From assembly GCA_965233165.1 (NCBI GenBank), contig CBDDRX010000041.1, positions 232 through 64,231 of the forward strand: a stretch of DNA of 64,000 nt. The letters are read 5' to 3'. This DNA comes from an uncultured bacterium. GTDB taxonomy: Bacteria > Pseudomonadota > Gammaproteobacteria > Burkholderiales > SG8-39. Made by a program: the position numbers and the translations under genes. Each line of letters opens with the position of its first letter. Position 1 is the first letter of the stretch. The notes under the pieces were generated by a model that was not told the origin of the DNA, made no database searches, and worked only from the letters and a program-made list of their open reading frames with translations. Shown piece after piece: positions 20,443 to 27,898 of this stretch.

Positions 20443-21495
20443 ATGTTAGCCGAAGACCTCGTCGCGAGCCGGGAATCGCTGGCCCGCGTCAGCTCGGTGA
20501 TGCGGGACGCGCGCCTGCTCGGGCCGAAGCTCGCGATCGTCAACCCGCCCCTTTGGGAGATCGGCCACGTGGCCTGGTTCCAGGAGCACTGGTGCCTTCG
20601 CGACGGGGGAAAGAAGGACTCCATCCTTCCGGGGGCGGACAAGCTCTACGATTCCGCGAAGGTTGCGCACGACGCGCGATGGGACCTGCCGCTGCCGGCG
20701 CTCGCCGACACGCAGCGCTACCTCGCGAACGTGCTCGAAGCGACGCTCGAGCGCCTGGCGCGCGAGCCGGAGAGCGAGGCGCTGCGCTACTTCGTGCGCC
20801 TCGCGACGTTCCACGAGGACATGCACGCCGAGGCGTTGCGCTACACCTGCCAGACGCTCGGCTACGAGGATGCGGCGGGAGGGGATGCGCCGGCCTTCGC
20901 GCCGGCGCAGGACCTGGCGTTCGCCGGCGGGCCGTTTATCCTCGGCGCGGTCCCGGGAAGCGCCGGGTTCGTGTTCGACAACGAGAAGTGGGCGCATCCG
21001 GTGGATCTCGCGCCCTTCCACATCGCGAGCGCGCCGGTCACGAACGCGGAATACCTTCGCTTCGTCGCGGCGGGCGGCAAGGCGCCTCGCTACTGGAGGG
21101 CGGCGGAGGGCGGCTGGCGCGAGCGCCGCTTCGACGCCTGGATCCCCCTTCGCGGCGAAGACCCCGTGCGGCACGTCGACTGGAACGAGGCGCAGGCCTA
21201 CTGCCGGTGGGCGGGGCGCCGGCTGCCCGGCGAGGCCGAATTCGAGCTCGCGTGCAGCGACGCACGGTTCCAGTGGGGCGCCTTGTGGGAATGGACCTCG
21301 AGCACCTTCGCGCCGTATCCCGGGTTCATGGCCGACCCGTACAAGGAATACTCGCAGCCCTGGTTCGGCACGCACAAGGTGCTGCGCGGCGCGAGTTTCG
21401 CCACGCCGCGGCGCCTTGCGCGGCCGACCTTCCGCAATTTCTACACCGCGGAGCGCGGCGACGTGTTCTGCGGCTTCCGCACCTGTCCGTTATAG
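20443..21495 (+). CDS. senA: EgtB/OvoA-family non-heme iron enzyme, SenA-like (selenoneine synthase candidate)
   Basis: 350 aa. DinB-type metal triad EIGHVAWFQEHW and FHEDMHAE (HX3HXE). FGE-sulfatase-like C-terminal half (DWNEAQAYCRWAGRRLPGEAEFE). Directly upstream of selD/senC. Confidence 0.78.
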   Translation: MLAEDLVASRESLARVSSVMRDARLLGPKLAIVNPPLWEIGHVAWFQEHWCLRDGGKKDSILPGADKLYDSAKVAHDARWDLPLPALADTQRYLANVLEATLERLAREPESEALRYFVRLATFHEDMHAEALRYTCQTLGYEDAAGGDAPAFAPAQDLAFAGGPFILGAVPGSAGFVFDNEKWAHPVDLAPFHIASAPVTNAEYLRFVAAGGKAPRYWRAAEGGWRERRFDAWIPLRGEDPVRHVDWNEAQAYCRWAGRRLPGEAEFELACSDARFQWGALWEWTSSTFAPYPGFMADPYKEYSQPWFGTHKVLRGASFATPRRLARPTFRNFYTAERGDVFCGFRTCPL

Positions 21496-21505
21496 GATTC
21501 GAGCC

Positions 21506-22549
21506 ATGAACGCACCCGAAAGAATCCGTCTCACCGAGTTCAGCCACGGCGGCGGCTGCGGCTGCAAGATCGCGCCCGCCGTGCTCTCCGAGATCCTCGC
21601 CGCCACGCCGATCCGCGGCCTGCCGAAAGACCTCATGGTCGGCACCGAGACCGCGGACGACGCGGCGGTTTACCGCCTGAACGACGAGCAGGCGCTCGTC
21701 GCCACCACGGACTTCTTCACGCCGATCGTCGACGACCCGTTCGATTTCGGGCGCATCGCCGCGACCAACGCCATCTCCGACATCTACGCGATGGGCGGCA
21801 CGCCGATCATGGCCCTCGCCATCGTGGGCATGCCGCTCGAGAAGCTGCCCGTGTCGGTGATCGGGAAGATCCTCCAGGGAGGCGAGTCGGTGTGCGCCGC
21901 GGCAGGGATCCCGATCGCCGGCGGCCATTCGATCGACACGCTCGAGCCGATCTACGGCCTGGTCGCGCTCGGCCTCGTTCATCCGTCGAAGGTGAAGCGA
22001 AACAGCTCCGCGAGGGCGGGCGACGTGCTCATCCTTGGCAAGCCGCTGGGCGTCGGCATCCTTTCGGCCGCGCTGAAGAAGGGCAAGCTTTCCGAGGACG
22101 GCTACCGGCGCATGGTCGAGTGGACGACGAAGCTGAACACGCCCGGCCAGGCGCTCTCGGCGATGGAAGGCGTCCATGCCCTTACCGACGTCACGGGCTT
22201 CGGGCTTGCCGGCCACCTGCTCGAGATCTGCCGCGGCTCGAAGCTCGGCGCCGAAGTGCGCTTCGACGACGTGCCGGTCATTCCCGAGGCGCTCGAATGG
22301 GTGAAGCAGGGTGTCGCGACCGGCGCTTCCGGGCGCAACTGGAACGGCTACGGCCAGGACGTCGAGCTCTCCGGCAAGGAAGAGTGGGTGCAGAAGCTCG
22401 TCACCGACCCGCAGACGAGCGGCGGCCTGCTGGTCGCCTGTTCCGCGGATGCGGAGAAAGACGTGCTGGCCACCTTCGCGAAGCAGGGCTTCCCGGCCCG
22501 CGTCATCGGCACGATGCAGGCCGGCCCGGCGAAAGTAAGGGTGACCTGA
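21506..22549 (+). CDS. selD: selenide, water dikinase (selenophosphate synthetase), Cys type
   Basis: 347 aa. N-terminal SHGGGCGCKI and AIR-synthase-like domains. It starts 10 nt after the senA stop, so it corresponds to senC of the sen pathway. Confidence 0.92.
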   Translation: MNAPERIRLTEFSHGGGCGCKIAPAVLSEILAATPIRGLPKDLMVGTETADDAAVYRLNDEQALVATTDFFTPIVDDPFDFGRIAATNAISDIYAMGGTPIMALAIVGMPLEKLPVSVIGKILQGGESVCAAAGIPIAGGHSIDTLEPIYGLVALGLVHPSKVKRNSSARAGDVLILGKPLGVGILSAALKKGKLSEDGYRRMVEWTTKLNTPGQALSAMEGVHALTDVTGFGLAGHLLEICRGSKLGAEVRFDDVPVIPEALEWVKQGVATGASGRNWNGYGQDVELSGKEEWVQKLVTDPQTSGGLLVACSADAEKDVLATFAKQGFPARVIGTMQAGPAKVRVT

Positions 22550-22553
22550 GGCC

Positions 22554-23171
22554 TTACCTGAGCAGCGGCTTCAGGGCGGCCCAGACGCGCTGCTCGATGA
22601 GCGGCTGCGCTTCCTGCGTCGGATGGATGCGGTCGGGCTGGAACAGCTCCTGCTTTTCCGCGAAGCCCTCCAGGAGGAACGGCAGGAGCGCGATCTTGTG
22701 GCGCTTCGCCAGCTCGGCGTAGGCGCCTTCGAAAGCCTGCGCGTACTCGATGCCGTAGTTCGGCGGGATCTGCATCCCCACCAGGAGGACGCGCGCGCCG
22801 GCCTTCTGCGCGCGCTCGATCATCGCGGCGAGGTTCTGCTTCATCTGTAACACCGGCAGCCCGCGCAGGCCATCATTGCCGCCGAGCTCGAGGACGACGA
22901 CCTGCGGGCGGTGCTTTTCCAGCGCCGACGCGATGCGCGCGGCGCCGCCGCCGGTGGTCTCGCCCGAGATGCTCGCGTTGACGACGATATAATCGGGCCG
23001 CTCGCGCTTCAGGCGCTGCGCGAGCAGCGCCACCCACCCCCGCGCCTGCGCGATCCCATAGGCCGCCGACAAGCTGTCGCCGAATACCAGGATGGATTTC
23101 TCCGCCGCACCCGCGAAGGCAGGCATGAGCAAGGCAACGACGAACAGCAGCGTTCTGGCGGCACGGGGCAT
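22554..23171 (-). CDS. tesA: GDSL-family arylesterase / acyl-CoA thioesterase I
   Basis: Start at ATG 23171 (MPRAARTLLF signal peptide). Motif blocks: FGDSLSA, ELGGNDG, DRIHP. The longer track ORF to 23447 was rejected. Confidence 0.88.
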   Translation of the reverse strand: MPRAARTLLFVVALLMPAFAGAAEKSILVFGDSLSAAYGIAQARGWVALLAQRLKRERPDYIVVNASISGETTGGGAARIASALEKHRPQVVVLELGGNDGLRGLPVLQMKQNLAAMIERAQKAGARVLLVGMQIPPNYGIEYAQAFEGAYAELAKRHKIALLPFLLEGFAEKQELFQPDRIHPTQEAQPLIEQRVWAALKPLLR

Positions 23172-23811
23172 CGGCAAGACCGTGAAGAGCGGGGATTCGG
23201 ACCTCGTCATTCTGCGCGACATCGACCTGGAAATCACCTCCGGCGAGACCGTGGCCATCGTCGGCGCGTCGGGCTCGGGCAAGTCCACCCTGCTCGCCAT
23301 CCTTGCCGGCCTCGATACGCCCAGCGCCGGCAGCGTGCAGCTGCAGGGAAAGGACCTCTTCGCCTTGGACGAGGATGCGCGCGCGGAGTTGCGCGGCCGC
23401 ACCATCGGGTTCGTCTTCCAGTCCTTCCAGCTCCTGCCGGCGCTCACCGCGTTGGAGAACGTGATGCTGCCCCTCGAGCTGTCCGGCCGGAAGGATTCCG
23501 AGCAGGAGGCGAAGGAGGTCCTGTCCCGGGTCGGGCTGGCCGAGCGGCTGCACCACTACCCGAAGCATCTTTCCGGCGGCGAGCAGCAGCGCGTGGCGCT
23601 CGCGCGCGCATTCGTCGTGCGGCCGGCGCTGCTCCTGGCCGACGAGCCCACCGGCAGCCTGGACGCCGAGTCCGGGGCCGGCGTCATCGGCCTGCTGCAG
23701 GAGATGAACCGCGAGTACGGGACGACGCTTGTGCTCGTCACGCACGACGAGAACCTCGCGCGGCGCAGCCGGCGGGTCGTGCGCCTCGCCGGCGGCCGGG
23801 TGGCCGCTTGA
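23125..23811 (+). CDS. ybbA: ABC transporter ATP-binding protein (YbbA/LolD-like)
   Basis: Walker A GASGSGKST, signature LSGGEQQR, Walker B LLLADEPT. It is divergent from tesA, as in E. coli tesA-ybbA-ybbP. The 5' ends overlap. Confidence 0.86.
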   Translation: MSKATTNSSVLAARGIGKTVKSGDSDLVILRDIDLEITSGETVAIVGASGSGKSTLLAILAGLDTPSAGSVQLQGKDLFALDEDARAELRGRTIGFVFQSFQLLPALTALENVMLPLELSGRKDSEQEAKEVLSRVGLAERLHHYPKHLSGGEQQRVALARAFVVRPALLLADEPTGSLDAESGAGVIGLLQEMNREYGTTLVLVTHDENLARRSRRVVRLAGGRVAA

Positions 23812-26288
23812 AGCAATCCTGGCGCATGCTGCTGCGCGACTGGCGCGCGGGCGAGCTGCGCGTGCTTGCCGGGGCGCTCGTCATCGCAGTCGCGAGCATC
23901 ACCAGCGTCGCCTTCTTCGGCGACCGCGTCAGCCAGGCGCTGGTGCGCGACGCGCACCAGCTCTTGGGCGCCGACCTGGTGCTGGTATCCGATCGCCCCT
24001 TCAAGGACGATTTTTCAAAGGTTATTTCCGAGAACGGGCTGCAGCGCGGCTCCGCGGTGACGTTCATCAGCATGGCGATCGCCGGGGAGGCGAGCCAGCT
24101 CGCCGGCGTCAAGGCGGTCTCGGAGAACTATCCGCTGCGCGGCCGCCTGCGCATCGCGCCCGCGCCCGGCGCGCCCGACGCGCAGGCCGCTTCCGGACCG
24201 CCGCGCGGCAAGGTATGGATCGAGGAACGCCTGGTCACCGCGCTGAACACGCCGGTCGGCGCACGGCTCAAGCTCGGCCGCAGCGAGCTGGAAGTGGCCG
24301 CCGTGCTCACCCTAGAGCCCGAGCGCAGCGCCAGTTTCTTCAACGTCGCCCCGCGCCTCATGATGAACGAGGCCGACGTGGCCGCCACCGGGCTCGTGCA
24401 GACCGGCAGCCGCGTCTGGTACTACCTTTATGCCGCGGGGGCGCGCGAGAAGATCGCGGCGCTCGAGGAGCGGGTCAAGCCGATGCTCGGGCGCGGCCAG
24501 CGCGTGGAGAACCTGGAGACCGGCCGGCCGGAGGTGCGCGCGACCATCGAGCGCGCGCAGCGCTTCCTCGGCCTGACCGCGCTGCTCGCGGCGATCCTTG
24601 CCGGCGCGGCGATCGCGCTGGGCGCGCGGCGCTTCGTCGAACGGCATCTGGACGGCTGCGCCGTCATGCGCTGCCTCGGGGCGACGCAATCGCGCCTCGT
24701 GCGGCTCTATGGCGGCGAGTTCCTGATCCTCGGCGTGCTGGCGTGCGCGGCAGGCGTCGTCTTCGGCTTCCTCGCGCAGTCCGCGATCGCCGCGGCGCTC
24801 ACCGACCTCCTGCGCGCCGACCTGCCGCCGCCGACGCCCTTGCCGGCGCTGCAGGGCTTCCTCGTCGGCGTGGTGCTGCTCCTCGGGTTCGCTCTGCCGC
24901 CCCTGATCCAGCTGAAGAACGTTCCCGCGGTGCGCGTCATCCGGCGCGAGTCCGGCAATCCGCAGGGCGGCGCGCTCGCCGCCTATGCCGCCGGGCTGGT
25001 CGCGCTCGCCGGCCTGCTCGTCTGGCAGGCGGGCGACGTGCGGATGGGGAGCTACGTCGTCGGCGGCTTCGCCGTGGCCGTGCTCGCCTTCGCCGCGGTG
25101 TCGTGGGTGGTCCTCCGGCTCCTCACGCACCGCTGGCTGATGCGCCGCGTGCGCTCTTCCACGCTGCGCTACGGGCTCTCGCAGCTGCGCCGCCACGCCG
25201 GCAGCAACGCCGTGCAGACCGCGAGCCTCGCGCTCGGGCTCACGGCGATGCTGCTGCTCACCTTCACGCGCAACGACCTCATCGACGCGTGGCGGCGGAG
25301 CGCCCCGCCCGACGCGCCGAACCGGTTCATCCTCGGCATCCAGGGCGATCAGCTTCCGGAAGTGCGCAGGTTCATGGACGAGCGCGGCCTGAAGCCGGAG
25401 CTCTCGCCCATGGTGCGCGGGCGCGTGGTCGCGCACAACGACCGGCCGGTGAGCGAAGCCGACTACACCGAGGAGCGCGCGCGCCGCCTGATCGAGCGCG
25501 AGTTCAACCTGTCCTTCATGGAGCGTCCGCCCGCGCACAACCGCATCACGGCCGGCGAATGGTTCCAGCCCGGCGCGCAGGAGATCTCCGTGGAGGAAGG
25601 CATCGCGAAGACGCTCGGGTGGAAGCTCGGCGACGCGCTGCGCTTCAACGTCGGCGGGGACAGCTTCACGGCGCGCATCACGTCGTTGCGCGCCCTGCGC
25701 TGGGACTCGATGAAGGTGAACTTCTTCGTCATCACGCCGCCGCAGCTTCTCGCGGGCTTCCCGGCGAGCTACATCTCCGCCTTCCGCGTCGAGGCGGGCC
25801 AGGAGGAGGCCCTGAACGAGGTGGTGAAGCGCTTTCCCAACGTGACGATCGTCGACGTGGGCGCGGCCGTGCGCCAGGCGCAGGGCGTGGTCGACCAGCT
25901 CATCAACGCGGTGCAGCTCGTGTTCCTGTTCGCGCTCGTCGCGGGCCTGCTCGTCCTCTATTCGGCGCTCGTCGCCACCGAGGACCAGCGCCGGCGCGAG
26001 GCGGCGGTCATGCGCGTCTACGGAGCCTCCCGCGCGCAGGTCGCCGGCAGCCAGCGCGCCGAGTTCCTCGCCATGGGGGTGCTCGCCGGGGTGCTCGCGA
26101 CCCTCGGCGCCGCGGCCATCGGCCAGCTCATCGCCCGGCGCGTCTTCGAGCTCGACCTGCCGCCGAGCGCCGAGATCTGGATCGCCGGCCCGCTCGCCGG
26201 CATCGCGCTCCTCTCGCTCAACGCGTGGCTCTCCTCGCGCAAGGTCCTGCGCGCCTCGCCGGCGCTCATTCTTCGAGATTCCGTTTAG
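23808..26288 (+). CDS. ybbP: ABC transporter permease, duplicated FtsX domain (YbbP-like)
   Basis: About 826 aa with two FtsX-type TM modules. TTG 23808 overlaps the ybbA stop (TTGA); ATG 23826 is an alternative. The upstream part of track ORF 22911.. is spurious. Confidence 0.84.
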   Translation: MKQSWRMLLRDWRAGELRVLAGALVIAVASITSVAFFGDRVSQALVRDAHQLLGADLVLVSDRPFKDDFSKVISENGLQRGSAVTFISMAIAGEASQLAGVKAVSENYPLRGRLRIAPAPGAPDAQAASGPPRGKVWIEERLVTALNTPVGARLKLGRSELEVAAVLTLEPERSASFFNVAPRLMMNEADVAATGLVQTGSRVWYYLYAAGAREKIAALEERVKPMLGRGQRVENLETGRPEVRATIERAQRFLGLTALLAAILAGAAIALGARRFVERHLDGCAVMRCLGATQSRLVRLYGGEFLILGVLACAAGVVFGFLAQSAIAAALTDLLRADLPPPTPLPALQGFLVGVVLLLGFALPPLIQLKNVPAVRVIRRESGNPQGGALAAYAAGLVALAGLLVWQAGDVRMGSYVVGGFAVAVLAFAAVSWVVLRLLTHRWLMRRVRSSTLRYGLSQLRRHAGSNAVQTASLALGLTAMLLLTFTRNDLIDAWRRSAPPDAPNRFILGIQGDQLPEVRRFMDERGLKPELSPMVRGRVVAHNDRPVSEADYTEERARRLIEREFNLSFMERPPAHNRITAGEWFQPGAQEISVEEGIAKTLGWKLGDALRFNVGGDSFTARITSLRALRWDSMKVNFFVITPPQLLAGFPASYISAFRVEAGQEEALNEVVKRFPNVTIVDVGAAVRQAQGVVDQLINAVQLVFLFALVAGLLVLYSALVATEDQRRREAAVMRVYGASRAQVAGSQRAEFLAMGVLAGVLATLGAAAIGQLIARRVFELDLPPSAEIWIAGPLAGIALLSLNAWLSSRKVLRASPALILRDSV

Positions 26289-26328
26289 AAACAGCGTTGA
26301 AGCACTGTCCTAGCGTGCATCCCGAATG

Positions 26329-26344
26329 CTGTACTAATATACAG
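26329..26344 (+). promoter_or_regulatory. LexA (SOS) box CTGT-N8-ACAG
   Basis: The sequence CTGTACTAATATACAG is a perfect CTGT-N8-ACAG palindrome with an AT-rich spacer, ending 1 nt before the rmuC ATG. Confidence 0.6.
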
Positions 26345-26345
26345 C

Positions 26346-27761
26346 ATGGTCGAAACAGCACTTTTGATGGCGCTTGCCTTTCTGGTGGGCGCAGCACTCG
26401 GCGCTTCTGGACATTGGCTGTGGCGGCGAGCCGAATCTGTGAGGCTCGCGGAGGTCATTGGCGAACGAGATCGTCTTTCCAAAGCCGGCGAGTCTCTTGG
26501 CAGGCAACTTGCGCAAGAGCAGGCGCATCGAGCCACACTGGAGGAGAGGGCATCCCGAGTTCCAGCGCTTGAAGCCGAGCTTAGGAGTTTCCAAGCCTTG
26601 CGCGAGGAGCATGCGAAAGTCCTAAGCGTTGCAGAAGTAGAACGAACGCAAGGGGCGGAGAAGCTGAAGCTCCTCCTCGAAGCGAAGGACGCCCTCTCGC
26701 AGCAGTTCCAGAATCTTGCGAATCAGATCCTGGAGGAAAAGGGGCAGAAGTTTGCGCAACAGAACGTCGAGAGCCTCGGGGCCTTGCTGAAGCCGCTGAA
26801 CGATCGACTGAAGGACTTCCAGGGTAGGGTCGAGGAGACGTATGACAAGGAGTCCAAGCAGCGTTTCTCGCTGCAGTCCGAGATCGAGAAGCTGATTCAA
26901 GCGAACGCGCGAATCAGCGAGGACGCGAACAATCTGGCGGATGCCCTCAAGGGCAACGCGAAGACTCGCGGCACCTGGGGAGAAGTGGTTCTTGAGCGCG
27001 TACTGGAGTCGTCGGGTCTTACGAGGGGTCGAGAGTACGAGGTCCAGCTCAGCCTCAGAAGCGAAGGCGGAAAGACATATCAGCCCGATGTGGTGATCCA
27101 CCTGCCGGAGGACCGCCACGTCGTGGTGGACTCGAAGGTTTCCCTCGTGGCCTATGAGGCGTACTGCTCCGCCGACGACGAGGCTGCAAGGAAGGCGGAG
27201 CTCAAGAAGCACCTTCAGTCGCTCGAAACGCATGTAGAAAATCTTGCTTCCAAGAACTATCACAACCTGTCAGGAATTCGCTCGCCGGATTTCGTCCTGA
27301 TGTTTGTACCGATCGAGCCGGCGTTCATGCTTGCGGTCGGGGAAGATCACGACTTGCTCATGGAGGCCATGTCGCGCAACGTAATGCTCGTCAGCCCGAC
27401 CACGCTGCTTATTTCGCTGCGCATGATTGCCAATATCTGGCGCTATGAGTACCAGAACCGGAACGCTGAGGAGTTGGTGCGCCAGTGCGCGGCCATGTAT
27501 GACAAGTTCGTCGGTTTCGTGGCTGATCTGGAAGCCGTCGGCAAGAGTCTGGACATGGCGCAACGTACCCATGCAGACGCCCTCGCCAAGCTCACGAGCG
27601 GCAAGGGCAACCTGGTGCGTCGGGCGGAGCAAATCAGGCAACTGGGCGTAAAGCCCTCCAAGAATCTTCCCCAGTCTGTCCTCCAATCTGCAGACGACGG
27701 AGATGAGGCGACCGCCGAGCTTCGGCTGGACGAACCGCGCCTCACGAAGCCGGCCGCCTAA
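26346..27761 (+). CDS. rmuC: DNA recombination protein RmuC
   Basis: 471 aa. N-terminal TM anchor, long coiled coil, and a C-terminal nuclease-like core PDVVIHLPEDRHVVVDSKVSL. It is visibly more A/T-rich than its flanks. Confidence 0.9.
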   Translation: MVETALLMALAFLVGAALGASGHWLWRRAESVRLAEVIGERDRLSKAGESLGRQLAQEQAHRATLEERASRVPALEAELRSFQALREEHAKVLSVAEVERTQGAEKLKLLLEAKDALSQQFQNLANQILEEKGQKFAQQNVESLGALLKPLNDRLKDFQGRVEETYDKESKQRFSLQSEIEKLIQANARISEDANNLADALKGNAKTRGTWGEVVLERVLESSGLTRGREYEVQLSLRSEGGKTYQPDVVIHLPEDRHVVVDSKVSLVAYEAYCSADDEAARKAELKKHLQSLETHVENLASKNYHNLSGIRSPDFVLMFVPIEPAFMLAVGEDHDLLMEAMSRNVMLVSPTTLLISLRMIANIWRYEYQNRNAEELVRQCAAMYDKFVGFVADLEAVGKSLDMAQRTHADALAKLTSGKGNLVRRAEQIRQLGVKPSKNLPQSVLQSADDGDEATAELRLDEPRLTKPAA

Positions 27762-27763
27762 GC

Positions 27764-27784
27764 CGTTCGGCATGTAGCCGAACA
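27764..27784 (+). terminator. possible rmuC terminator hairpin
   Basis: A 7-bp stem, GTTCGGC-ATGTA-GCCGAAC, sits 3 nt after the rmuC stop. A T-rich stretch (TTAGTTTATT) follows only after a gap, so the call is weak. Confidence 0.3.
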
Positions 27785-27898
27785 GCGACATTAGTTTATT
27801 GATTCAAAACGACTTTTCACAAAGTCGTGCTTTCGCTAGGATGGCTTGCGGGAACCCGTAGCGGCCCCTTTATTGCTGCTAGCTCCCCCGCAGCGCAC

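Noticed and set aside
22554-23447. 297-aa version of the tesA ORF and 1125-aa version of the ybbP ORF (22911..26288).
   Set aside because: The upstream extensions run antisense or out of frame through neighbouring genes and lack signal or TM logic. Internal starts (23171; 23808/23826) give proteins with proper signal peptide or family N-termini.
26289-27790. Short direct repeat (G)AACAGCG at both edges of the AT-richer rmuC segment (about 26290 and 27781) as possible insertion scars.
   Set aside because: Only 7-8 nt match, which is easily chance in 64 kb. There is no integrase, transposase or tRNA target nearby.
27809-27828. Hairpin ACGACTTT-TCAC-AAAGTCGT upstream of otsA as a terminator or operator.
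   Set aside because: It is a perfect 8-bp stem, but it is followed by GCTTTCGC rather than a U-tract, and it overlaps the alternative GTG start of otsA. Its function cannot be assigned from sequence alone.
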